Shown here in pieces: positions 36,950-46,171 of a stretch of DNA of 64,000 nt. A program made the position numbers and the translations under genes. Source of the DNA: Fibrobacterota bacterium (GTDB lineage Bacteria > Fibrobacterota > Fibrobacteria > UBA11236 > JADFYW01); NCBI GenBank assembly GCA_042567505.1, contig JBHPJW010000004.1, forward strand, positions 1,151-65,150. The letters run 5' to 3'. The notes beneath the pieces were generated by a model. The model saw only the letters and a program-made list of their open reading frames with translations. It did no database searches and had not been told where the DNA came from. The first letter of the stretch is position 1. Each line of letters starts with the position of its first letter.

Positions 36950-38386
36950 ATGCTTTTTAATTCACTTGAATTTGTCTTTTTCCTGCCCCTGGTGGTTTTA
37001 GGGTATTCCTGCCTCCCTCCAAAGGCCCGGCTGCTGCTGTTGCTTTCGGCCAGCTATTACTTCTACATGTGCTGGAAGATAGAGTATATATTTTTAATTC
37101 TCACCTCCACTTTGGTAGATTATGTCGCCGGTATTCAGATAGAAAAACATCAGCTTCCGGCAAAGAAGAAAGCATACCTTTATCTCAGTTTGTTCATCAA
37201 TCTGGGGCTTTTATTCTTTTTCAAATATTTCAACTTCTTCAGTGAGAATGTTAATTTCGTTTTTAACAAATTTAACCTGTTTCACAATCTTCCCTATTTC
37301 AACATTGCCCTGCCCATAGGCATCTCTTTTTACACCTTCCAGACACTCAGCTACACCATAGATATATATAGAGGAAAAGCAAAAGCAGAGAAGGACCCCA
37401 TCGTGTTCGCTCTTTATGTTTCCTTTTTTCCCCAGCTGGTGGCAGGGCCCATAGAAAGGGCCACCCGGCTGGTCCCTCAATTGAAGAAATTGAATAAAAT
37501 CACGTTTTCAAATTTTTGCGAGGGTAGCCAGTTGATGCTCTGGGGGTTTTTCAAGAAACTCGTCATCGCGGACCGGCTGGCGGATTATGTTAATAAAGTT
37601 TATAATAATCCTCACTCTTCCTATGGCGTTCCCATCATTGTGGCCACCTACTTTTTCGCCTACCAGGTGTATTGCGATTTTTCCGGGTATACCGACATTG
37701 CGCGCGGCACGGCAAAAATATTCGGAATAGACCTGACCATAAACTTTAACAGGCCTTATTTTTCAAAGACCTTTACCGAGATATTCAAACGCTGGCATAT
37801 GTCTTTGACAACCTGGATTTATGAGTACCTTTTTTCCCCCCTTCTGCTGGCGACCAGGGGATGGGGAAGACTGGGGCTTTTCTTTTCCCTTGGCGTGACC
37901 TTTTTCCTCAGCGGTTTATGGCATGGAGCCGCCTGGAACATGGTCATGTGGGGAGTGGTGGCCGCCACCCTTTTATGCCTGGACGAATTACTGAAAAAGC
38001 CCAGGAAATGGTTGAGCAAGAAAATGCCTCTTTTTGCGTTCAACGGCTTGAGTATTTTTATCACCTTCCATCTCTGGTGTTTCGCCATCATGTTCTTCAG
38101 GGTGAACACCATCGGACATGTGCCGGTCCTGTTCAGGAATTTTTTCAGTCTGGAAAAGTTCGTGTTCGGGATAAACATCACCATGGGCGTTTATGAGATT
38201 ATGATAGGCGTCATTGCCATAATCATACTGGAAACGGTGCATGTTCTTCAGGAAAACAAGTGGGTTTCCTTTGAATGGAAGGACTATTCGTTCTGGAGCA
38301 AGGCCTCCATGGCTTACGCGCTTTTATTGGCTATCCTGCTATTTGGGCAGTTTAATTTAACGGAATTTATCTACTTTCAGTTCTAG
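36950..38386 (+). CDS. MBOAT-family membrane O-acyltransferase (AlgI/DltB-like)
   Basis: Typical N-terminus MLFNSLEFVFFLPLVV, more than 10 TM spans, and conserved His context LSGLWHGAAWN. Confidence 0.85.
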   Translation: MLFNSLEFVFFLPLVVLGYSCLPPKARLLLLLSASYYFYMCWKIEYIFLILTSTLVDYVAGIQIEKHQLPAKKKAYLYLSLFINLGLLFFFKYFNFFSENVNFVFNKFNLFHNLPYFNIALPIGISFYTFQTLSYTIDIYRGKAKAEKDPIVFALYVSFFPQLVAGPIERATRLVPQLKKLNKITFSNFCEGSQLMLWGFFKKLVIADRLADYVNKVYNNPHSSYGVPIIVATYFFAYQVYCDFSGYTDIARGTAKIFGIDLTINFNRPYFSKTFTEIFKRWHMSLTTWIYEYLFSPLLLATRGWGRLGLFFSLGVTFFLSGLWHGAAWNMVMWGVVAATLLCLDELLKKPRKWLSKKMPLFAFNGLSIFITFHLWCFAIMFFRVNTIGHVPVLFRNFFSLEKFVFGINITMGVYEIMIGVIAIIILETVHVLQENKWVSFEWKDYSFWSKASMAYALLLAILLFGQFNLTEFIYFQF

Positions 38387-38472
38387 TGTTCCCCATCCAG
38401 CAAACACGGCCGTTCCGGGGAGAGCTATGCTCGTACAATGAGCCTGCGGATCGCATTTAGTTTTTTTAAAGT

Positions 38473-39423
38473 ATGAAAACCGTGACCAAAACTTCCATAT
38501 TCATTTGCCTAGGAATTTCCCTATTCGGTCTGCTCTGGGTTCTGGGGAATTCGTACCATCCTTTTCAGTTCAACAGAACAAGGATCCAAAACATATATGA
38601 CAATGCGGAAAACCTGGAAGCCATCGCTGCCGGATCTTCCCAGGCGGGCGGGATAAACTTTCACCATTTGGGTATGCGGGGGTATGGATGCTGGAGGGGC
38701 GGAAGCGACATGTTCGAGACCAAATACCAGATTGAATCGGTTCTTTCCCGGGCGCCTCATTTGAACATGGTTTTTTATTCGGTTTCGTATACCTCGCCAT
38801 TTCTGGACAACGCACTGGACTTTATTCCTGATCGCTCAAAGCTCCGAATAAGGCATTACGCCTCTTTTGGCTCCTACAGGCTCATCAATGGTGATTTGAA
38901 AAATTTTATTCTGGGAAAATGTTCAGCCCTGATAAGGCGGGATCACTGGAAGCCGGTTATTTGGCCCGGAGCGCGCAAAAAAAACACGGCCACCACCGAC
39001 CAGTTCATATTTAAGGATGAAAAGTCCCTGACACCGGGTGAGATAGAAAAGCACGCTTTGCGCAGGACAAAAGAAGCCCTGAAACTGGTTTACCAGTCCA
39101 GGAAATTAAAAGCCGATTTGAAAGAGGGTATTTACCGCCAGACCGGAGAATTGATAAGAAAACTGAAGGCCAGGGGGGTCAGAATAATTTTTTTCACCAG
39201 TCCCTATCATCACAGGTATACAGAGAATTTCGACAGGAAGGTAGTTGAGGAAATGCGAACTTTCATGGCCCGTATCTCTACGGATTTCCAGGTCCCCTAT
39301 CTGGATTTTTCTGAGCATGAAAGGTTTAGAATAACTGAACAATGCTTTTTGAACAGTGATCATTTGAATAATCATGGCAGGCGGTTGCTGGCCGAAGAAA
39401 TTAAAAAAAGGATAAAATTATAA
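38473..39423 (+). CDS. Membrane-anchored DltD/AlgJ/SGNH-like accessory protein of the MBOAT
   Basis: Single N-terminal TM. Has an AAGSSQ segment (possible nucleophile block) and C-terminal NSDHLNNHG (a D-x-H block as in SGNH/AlgJ-type proteins). Its position immediately after the MBOAT supports the call. Confidence 0.5.
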   Translation: MKTVTKTSIFICLGISLFGLLWVLGNSYHPFQFNRTRIQNIYDNAENLEAIAAGSSQAGGINFHHLGMRGYGCWRGGSDMFETKYQIESVLSRAPHLNMVFYSVSYTSPFLDNALDFIPDRSKLRIRHYASFGSYRLINGDLKNFILGKCSALIRRDHWKPVIWPGARKKNTATTDQFIFKDEKSLTPGEIEKHALRRTKEALKLVYQSRKLKADLKEGIYRQTGELIRKLKARGVRIIFFTSPYHHRYTENFDRKVVEEMRTFMARISTDFQVPYLDFSEHERFRITEQCFLNSDHLNNHGRRLLAEEIKKRIKL

Positions 39424-39427
39424 TATC

Positions 39428-41005
39428 ATGAAATTAACTTTTGTAAATCTTTATTCGTCAGAAACAGTCGCAAGATACCTTCTTTCATCATATATCCTAA
39501 AAGCCTATTTGCTTAAACGATTTGCCGATACACCGGACCTCACGGTAACTATCCTCAATTTCCGGAATACGGCTGATGCAGCCAAAGTATGCGAAAAAAT
39601 TAAAAAAGACCAACCCGATTTTGTGGGGTACAGCTGTTACACATGGAATGTGGAAAAAGTATTTGACATTATTAAAGGCCTCAAGGATACTCCGGGAATG
39701 GGGCATGTCCTGGGCGGTCCGGAAATAAACATGAGCAGGATTGAGTCGCTGAAGGATTCCTGCTCGCGTAAATATTTTATCATAGGCCCGGGCGAGAAAA
39801 TCCTCGCTGATTTTGTGAGCTATCTGTATAAGGTGTCTGAGCAGAGGCCGGCGGAAGTCCCCGAGGGGGTGGCGTTTTGGAGTGAAGACAAAATAATATA
39901 TAAGGAATCAACCCATCAGTTTTCCAGTTTGGATGAAATACCGTCGGTTTATCTCAGCGGAACGCTGGAGGAGAAATTTTACGCGCGTCAGCAGGCTTTT
40001 CTGGAAACATCCAGGGGATGTAAGTTCAAATGCAATTACTGTATGTACCATAAGAACCTCTCTTCCGTTTCGTATTATTCGCTGGACCGGGTAATGGCCG
40101 AAATCGATTATCTGATTCTTGATAAGGAAATCTGGCAATTGAGGATCTTTGATTCTGACTTCGCATCAGACCTTTCGAGGGCAAAAAAAATTATCGAGCA
40201 CCTGATCGCCATAAAGCCTACATGTGATGTTTTTCCCTGGATTTACTGGGAGTTCACCTTCAGTGGAATCGATGAGGAGTTCATCCGGCTTTCAGGGTCG
40301 TTGAAGGACCGTGAGAGGATCCTGAACAGTTCCACCATAGAGCCGCAGGACAAGCCGCAGTGTTATTCAGATATGCTGGAGGGCTATCACATCATAAACT
40401 GCATCGGCATCCAGTCATTTAACCCAAAGGCCTTAAGGTCTGTGAACCGGATGCGGGTCCATACCCAGGAGTTTTTCGGATTCATGGAGACGGTCAATCA
40501 CCACAATGTAGTGCTGAAGATCGATTTTATTCTGGGGCTGCCCTTTGAGACATTGGATTCATATTTCGAGGGCCTTGAATTATTTCTGCCGTATTTAAAA
40601 GATACAGACCATGTGCTGAACATTCATCTTCTCCAGATTCTACCGGGATCCAAGCTTGAGAGGAAATGTGAAGAATTCCATATAAGGTATGCGCTGGAGG
40701 CGCCGAATTTTGTCTTTGCCACCAACACCCTGCCGGAAAAGGAGCTGAGGTACGCCACCAAATTAACAGCGGTGTTGTTCAGGGTGGTTAACTCTCCGCT
40801 GCGGAAGCTTATATACGAGACAAAGCGAAGCTCCGGCAAGGCGTTTTTGGAGATAATCCGGGATTTGTATGAATCAATATCGGCCAAAGAGGAGTTTAAG
40901 ACTTCCCAGCTTGTGCAGAAGGATTTCGTGGACGATTATTATTGGAACGGCGATATCTACAAAGAAATAACCTCTGCATACCTGGCTGATTATTTCAGGA
41001 CCTGA
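39428..41005 (+). CDS. B12-binding-domain radical SAM enzyme (class B type)
   Basis: N-terminal Rossmann-like cobalamin-binding region (DFVGYSCYTWN) and the radical SAM cluster motif SRGCKFKCNYCMY (CxxxCxxC). Confidence 0.8.
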   Translation: MKLTFVNLYSSETVARYLLSSYILKAYLLKRFADTPDLTVTILNFRNTADAAKVCEKIKKDQPDFVGYSCYTWNVEKVFDIIKGLKDTPGMGHVLGGPEINMSRIESLKDSCSRKYFIIGPGEKILADFVSYLYKVSEQRPAEVPEGVAFWSEDKIIYKESTHQFSSLDEIPSVYLSGTLEEKFYARQQAFLETSRGCKFKCNYCMYHKNLSSVSYYSLDRVMAEIDYLILDKEIWQLRIFDSDFASDLSRAKKIIEHLIAIKPTCDVFPWIYWEFTFSGIDEEFIRLSGSLKDRERILNSSTIEPQDKPQCYSDMLEGYHIINCIGIQSFNPKALRSVNRMRVHTQEFFGFMETVNHHNVVLKIDFILGLPFETLDSYFEGLELFLPYLKDTDHVLNIHLLQILPGSKLERKCEEFHIRYALEAPNFVFATNTLPEKELRYATKLTAVLFRVVNSPLRKLIYETKRSSGKAFLEIIRDLYESISAKEEFKTSQLVQKDFVDDYYWNGDIYKEITSAYLADYFRT

Positions 41006-41162
41006 TGCCGCCTGCTGAAGGAGACAAAACACTGAAACCGGATGACAGCCTTTAGAAACAAATCATGTTCATCCTGTAAAACGGACACTTAAAAGTTTTA
41101 CTTCTTAGTGAGAGTTATGCAGAGCCTAAATTATTCTTTTAAATTTTAACCGGACACTACTG

Positions 41163-42896
41163 ATGCGATTTAATGAGTTAAGGAAAAATCTGAAACGGGA
41201 TTTCTCTAACTTGAAATCGCTTAAAGTCGCTTTACTGGGGGACAGCGCCACGCAACTTCTTTCACAGGCCATCAGGGGTTATGGATTCGAGTCCCATTTG
41301 AATTTAGAAATGTTCGAAGCCGATTATGATCAAATAGAGCGTCAGGTTTTTGATCCGTCATCTGAGCTTTTTTCCCATAAACCGGATTTTGTTATCATTT
41401 TCCATTCCGCCTCCAGGTTGAAGCGGAGTTTCTGCCGGTTGAGCCATGAACGCAGGGGGGGGCTCGCAGAGGAGCACATTGAAAAAGTTGATAAAATATA
41501 CAATTCAATATTGTCAAAACACGATTGCAGGGTGATATATTTCAATTTCCCCGAAGATCACGATGAAGTGTTTGGCAACTACGCAAATAAGGTGCCGTCT
41601 TCATTTCTTTATCAAATCAGGAAATTGAATTACGAGCTCATGAACTTCAGTCAGACACACAACAATTTGTTTATTAATGATCTTTGCGCTCTGCAGAGCC
41701 GGTATGGGAAAGACTTCGCGTCGGACGCGAAAATGCGCGTCAATTACGACATGCCCTTCAGCCTGGAATTCCTGCCCCTGGCGGCAAAAAATATTGTAGA
41801 GATTATTGAAAGCATTATCGGGAGAATAAACAAATGCCTGATTCTTGACCTGGACAATACCCTTTGGGGAGGTGTTATCGGAGACGACGGCATGGAAAAC
41901 ATACAAATTGGCGATTTAGGAATCGGAAAAGCCTTTACTGAACTCCAGTTGTGGATTAAAGATTTGAAAAAGAGAGGCGTCATACTTACCGTGTGCAGCA
42001 AAAATGAAGAGAGCGCGGCCAAGGAACCTTTTGAACATCACCCGGATATGGTATTGAGGCTGGAAGACATCTCTCTTTTTGTCGCAAACTGGAACAACAA
42101 GGATGTTAATATTAAGTTCATAAAAGATACTTTACATATTGGATATGATTCCATGGTGTTTCTTGATGATAGCCCTTTTGAAAGAGGTCTGGTGAAAGCT
42201 TCCCTTCCGGATGTAAGCGTACCCGACCTGCCCGAGGATCCTGCGGAGTACCTTGATTATTTAACAAAACAAAATTTGTTTGAGACAGGTTCTTTTTCCC
42301 AGCAAGACGAAAAACGCACTCAGCAGTATCAACAGGAATCCCACAGGAGGGTCGCGCAGGATAAATTTTTAAATGAGGCTGATTTTCTGGCCAGCCTGGA
42401 CATGATAGCCGAGGTTGAGACCTTTACTTCCTTTAATACTCCCAGAGTAGCACAGTTGACGCAGCGATCGAACCAGTTCAACCTGCGCACGGTAAGGTAC
42501 ACTGAAGATGAGATCGCCCGGATATCGTCATCAGACAAATATCTTACGCTGGCTCTGTCCCTGGAAGACAAATACGGAGACTACGGGCTTATCAGCGTGG
42601 TGATTTTGGAAGACCAAGGTCTCTCTCTTTTTATAGACACCTGGATAATGAGTTGCAGAGTGCTGAAAAGGGGGATGGAGCATTTTACCCTGAGCCGGAT
42701 AGTCCGGCTGGCCAGGGAAAACAGGAAAGAAAAAATAATAGGAGAATATATCCCCACCGCCAAAAATGCCATAGTAAAAGACCATTATTTGAATCTGGGC
42801 TTTAAAAATGACGGCGGCAACTGGGTGTTGACTCCCGAAGACCACAGGGAGGAAGAATATTACATTAACCTCAAAAAAGGAGAAAAACACACATGA
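41163..42896 (+). CDS. FkbH-like HAD-IIIC family enzyme (carrier-protein loader candidate)
   Basis: LILDLDNTLWGGVIGDDG (HAD motif I as in the FkbH domain), VCSKNEE, and C-terminal WIMSCRVLKRGME containing the conserved Cys context of FkbH-type proteins. Confidence 0.75.
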   Translation: MRFNELRKNLKRDFSNLKSLKVALLGDSATQLLSQAIRGYGFESHLNLEMFEADYDQIERQVFDPSSELFSHKPDFVIIFHSASRLKRSFCRLSHERRGGLAEEHIEKVDKIYNSILSKHDCRVIYFNFPEDHDEVFGNYANKVPSSFLYQIRKLNYELMNFSQTHNNLFINDLCALQSRYGKDFASDAKMRVNYDMPFSLEFLPLAAKNIVEIIESIIGRINKCLILDLDNTLWGGVIGDDGMENIQIGDLGIGKAFTELQLWIKDLKKRGVILTVCSKNEESAAKEPFEHHPDMVLRLEDISLFVANWNNKDVNIKFIKDTLHIGYDSMVFLDDSPFERGLVKASLPDVSVPDLPEDPAEYLDYLTKQNLFETGSFSQQDEKRTQQYQQESHRRVAQDKFLNEADFLASLDMIAEVETFTSFNTPRVAQLTQRSNQFNLRTVRYTEDEIARISSSDKYLTLALSLEDKYGDYGLISVVILEDQGLSLFIDTWIMSCRVLKRGMEHFTLSRIVRLARENRKEKIIGEYIPTAKNAIVKDHYLNLGFKNDGGNWVLTPEDHREEEYYINLKKGEKHT

Positions 42897-43135
42897 ATAC
42901 TGAAGACGTACTCAAAGAAATGAACGAGATTTTTATTGATGTGCTTGAACTTGATGATATAGACTTAAAAGCCGAGACCACCACAGATGATGTGGAAGAG
43001 TGGGATTCCCTGACACATATTCCCCTGATAGCCGCCATAGAGAGCCATTTTAAAATTAAGTTCAAATCATCGGAAATTCAGAACTGGAAAAATGTCGGCG
43101 AAATGTGTGACGCGGTCATCGGCAAAGCCGGGTAG
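42893..43135 (+). CDS. Acyl carrier protein (second)
   Basis: 80 aa with EEWDSLTHIPLIAAIESHF, the same WDSL-type serine context as the ACP at 18135. ATGA overlap with the FkbH-like gene. Confidence 0.75.
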   Translation: MNTEDVLKEMNEIFIDVLELDDIDLKAETTTDDVEEWDSLTHIPLIAAIESHFKIKFKSSEIQNWKNVGEMCDAVIGKAG

Positions 43136-43219
43136 GATCAGCAAGAGATCAGTCTCCAACAATTGGTGTTTGCGTGACTGCGGCACAACACTAAAGATAA
43201 CCACAACCTGAGGTGCCCA

Positions 43220-44152
43220 ATGGAAAAAACGGAACAGGAACGCGTTGATCATTTCGTCGCCCGGTTTAGGGAACGAGCCCCGTTGTTTTGCAAAGAGATA
43301 CAGCGCGCCTTGAAGGAGGATGGGGATCTATTCTCCGAACTGGCAGGTCCCATGCTGGCCTGGGCGAGCGTTATGCTGGGGCCATCCTACGAAGACATCC
43401 TTATAGACAAATATTCCGACTTTGTGCTCAACGTGAACATGTCCCAGTTTGAATACGAGAAAAAAGGTAAATATCAATTCAGCAGTTGGCAGGAAGTGTA
43501 CGAGAAAACCTATGATCAGAAGGATTTTATGGATTCCTATCATTGGGGAGTGTATACTCATACCTTTGCCTGGTACCATCATCTTAAAATCTATGAGTTT
43601 TTCAGGGACAAGTTCCTGCTCCCCATGGCTGCGCGAAAAGAAGGCGGCCGGTTGCTCGATCTGGGGGCGGGATCCGGCATCTGGCATTTGCTGGCGAACC
43701 GCCACTTGCCCCAATGGGACATCACTGCGGTAGATATCAGTGAGACGTCCATCGGCCTGAGCAGGGAAATGGCCCAAAAGACAGTGCCTGAAGCCTCGAT
43801 TGAACACTTTTGCGCAGATGCTACTGCATTCCAGGCATCAGCGCCGGCTGATGCGGCAATATGCTGCTTCCTTATGGAACATCTTGAACGTCCGGAGGAA
43901 GTTTTGAATAATATCTCCAGGAACTTGAAAGAGCGCTGCTTTGCCTTTGTGACTTGCGGGCTCACAGGAGCCGAGATTGATCATATTTTTGAATTCAAGC
44001 GTGAGTCCGAGCCCATACTTATGGCAGAGCAGGCGGGTCTGCGGGTGGTGCGGATGTTCTCTGCCTCGCCGTCCCGGGTGCTGCAAAAGCGAAAATACCT
44101 TCCCAGGTCACTCGCCATGGTAGTACAGAAGCGGAAAAATGAAATCTGGTGA
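43220..44152 (+). CDS. Class I SAM methyltransferase
   Basis: Motif I LLDLGAGSGIW, acidic residue in AVDISE, and motif CCFLMEHL. Confidence 0.7.
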   Translation: MEKTEQERVDHFVARFRERAPLFCKEIQRALKEDGDLFSELAGPMLAWASVMLGPSYEDILIDKYSDFVLNVNMSQFEYEKKGKYQFSSWQEVYEKTYDQKDFMDSYHWGVYTHTFAWYHHLKIYEFFRDKFLLPMAARKEGGRLLDLGAGSGIWHLLANRHLPQWDITAVDISETSIGLSREMAQKTVPEASIEHFCADATAFQASAPADAAICCFLMEHLERPEEVLNNISRNLKERCFAFVTCGLTGAEIDHIFEFKRESEPILMAEQAGLRVVRMFSASPSRVLQKRKYLPRSLAMVVQKRKNEIW

Positions 44153-44271
44153 GTCCTTTCGCAACCGGGCGGCGCTGAAAACCCGCGATTCTGCGGCCCG
44201 AGATCTGCAGCCCCAGCCCCAGCAGAAGCACAGGGATCTGCGCGACAGTCCCTGGAAAAAGAACACAAGTC

Positions 44272-45018
44272 TTGTCCGTTTCTCATAGCTATACAGACAA
44301 AGATTACTGGGACCGTTTTTTTTCCGGTCAACCGCGGAAAGTGGTAGACGCGGCGCCTTTTGCCGATGTATTTGAAAAGTTCTTAATTAAAGATAATCAG
44401 AAAACCGTTCTGGAAGTGGGTTGCGCCGGCGGAGAATTCCTCTGCCATATCGCCAAACATTTTAAATACCGGGCGCATGGCATTGATTTTTCCGATGAGA
44501 TTGATACCACAGGCCGGATGTTTGCATATAATGGTTTGCCGGCGCCGGTTCTCTATCGGGAAGATTTTTTTTCCTGGAACAGCCGGTTTCAATTTGATTT
44601 GGTATGCTCGTTTGGTTTCGCCGAGCATTTCGACGATTTGTCCCTTGTCGTAAAAAAACATGCGGACCATGTAGCCCCCGGGGGGAAACTTATACTTTCG
44701 GTGCCTAATTTTTCCAAACTCCAATATGTTTTCCACCTGTTGGTGGAACCGCAAAGCCTGAAACATCATAATTTGAAAATAATGAACCTGAAAGCCTTTC
44801 AACGGGCTTTTGAACCCCTTACCTTTCAAATTCTGCACTTATCTTATTATGGCGCGTTTGGATTCTGGACCGTTAAAAAACCTGACAATGCCTGGAGCAG
44901 ATGGTGGGCGGGGCTTATCAAGAGGTCCGGTAAAACCTGGAAGCGGATCTTCAGGCACAAACCCAACCGCTGGGTGTCTCCCCACATAATCTGCGTCGCC
45001 CAAAAACCTGCCGAATAA
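44272..45018 (+). CDS. Class I SAM methyltransferase
   Basis: DYWDRFF N-terminus, motif I VLEVGCAGGEF, GIDFS, and FGFAEHF. TTG start. Confidence 0.7.
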   Translation: MSVSHSYTDKDYWDRFFSGQPRKVVDAAPFADVFEKFLIKDNQKTVLEVGCAGGEFLCHIAKHFKYRAHGIDFSDEIDTTGRMFAYNGLPAPVLYREDFFSWNSRFQFDLVCSFGFAEHFDDLSLVVKKHADHVAPGGKLILSVPNFSKLQYVFHLLVEPQSLKHHNLKIMNLKAFQRAFEPLTFQILHLSYYGAFGFWTVKKPDNAWSRWWAGLIKRSGKTWKRIFRHKPNRWVSPHIICVAQKPAE

Positions 45019-45065
45019 GGGTGAGTTTATGCCGGCAGGACCTTGGTATGTTTGCTTGAATTATT

Positions 45066-46151
45066 ATGGAAAGCGCCGTTGATACGGGGTGGAGGAAAGT
45101 ATTAGAGCATGATCCAACGCATGAATCAGGCTCGAACGGCCCCTTGGCCTCAATCATAATTCCCTTTTATAACCGGTCTGAGTTGCTCTGGGAGACGCTG
45201 GATTGTGTGAAGAACCAAACCCATTCTCCCCTTGAGCTGATACTGATTGACGACGGCTCAGAAGATGACATTGCCTCAGACATCAAGGCATCGCTGGAAG
45301 CGTTCGGGGAAAAATGGATGTTGGTGCGGATGGACAAAAACCAGGGGCCGGGAAAGGCGCGGAAACTCGGTCATCAGCTGGCCGCTGGAAAGTACCTTCA
45401 GTTCCTGGATTCTGATGATATCATTTCACCTGAGAAACTGAAACTGCAGGTTGGTTTTCTGGAAGACCATCCTGAGGTCATCATGACCTATGCCTTGACC
45501 AGGTACATGGATGAGGGGGAAACGGCCCCGGAGCAGCGCGTGTTAGGACGCACAGACCAGGATTTCAACCGGATTCTTCCTCATGTGATACCGAGGATGA
45601 TATGGCAAACTTCCAGCTGCCTGTGGCGATCCAGTGCCGTCAGTCCGGATTTCTGGAAACCGCTGTATGGCCCGGAAGACGTGCTTTTTGATTTTTATGC
45701 CGGATTGGCGGATAAACCTGTTGCCCGTACTCCCGGGGACAAGGTGTTGTTGTACAAGAGGGTTGATGAATCAGGGATTTCCCACGGCATAGGACTGAAC
45801 CCGGCATATCAGCAGGAAATATTGAAATATTTTGATTACGTGCATGCGGAATGTGTAAATAATAAAAAGCTGGATTCCAACCTTATCCGCCGCATTATGG
45901 ACTTTCAGGCGCAAAAGTACGCCAATAAAATCACCACTTTTTTGAATTTCAGAAGAGTCCCGGAAGTCGAACACTGTATCAGGATGGTTAGGGAAATAAA
46001 TGGGCGGTTTCTTCCGCCTGACGTAAGGATATCCCTGTTGATTAACAGGATTTTTAAAACCTACGTTGGCTTTACTTTTCTGAGAAAATGGCGCTGGGTG
46101 AAAAAATTAACCTATCGCAAGATTAAAAGCATGTTCAACAGTCCCCGATAA
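45066..46151 (+). CDS. GT2-family glycosyltransferase
   Basis: ASIIIPFYNRSELL, LILIDDGSEDD, GPGKARKLG and FLDSDD. Confidence 0.8.
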   Translation: MESAVDTGWRKVLEHDPTHESGSNGPLASIIIPFYNRSELLWETLDCVKNQTHSPLELILIDDGSEDDIASDIKASLEAFGEKWMLVRMDKNQGPGKARKLGHQLAAGKYLQFLDSDDIISPEKLKLQVGFLEDHPEVIMTYALTRYMDEGETAPEQRVLGRTDQDFNRILPHVIPRMIWQTSSCLWRSSAVSPDFWKPLYGPEDVLFDFYAGLADKPVARTPGDKVLLYKRVDESGISHGIGLNPAYQQEILKYFDYVHAECVNNKKLDSNLIRRIMDFQAQKYANKITTFLNFRRVPEVEHCIRMVREINGRFLPPDVRISLLINRIFKTYVGFTFLRKWRWVKKLTYRKIKSMFNSPR

Positions 46152-46171
46152 GCCGATCATTTACCGTAAAC

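Noticed and set aside
39428-41005. Radical SAM and AsnB-like genes as a RiPP or lasso-peptide system
   Set aside because: I saw no precursor-peptide-like small ORF, no transglutaminase-like protease, no RiPP recognition element protein and no dedicated peptide exporter. Both genes are embedded in, and coupled to, glycan genes.
41082-41158. 8-nt direct repeat CGGACACT (41082-41089 and 41151-41158) upstream of the FkbH-like gene
   Set aside because: An 8-mer repeated once within a 157-nt spacer is not clearly beyond chance, and there is no extended similarity around it.
44153-44271. GC-rich 119-nt spacer with short CAGCCC repeats between two methyltransferase genes
   Set aside because: The repeats are too short and irregular to call a repeat or a structured RNA. 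The minus-strand ORFs across it (43981..44331, 44019..44231) are low-complexity shadows.
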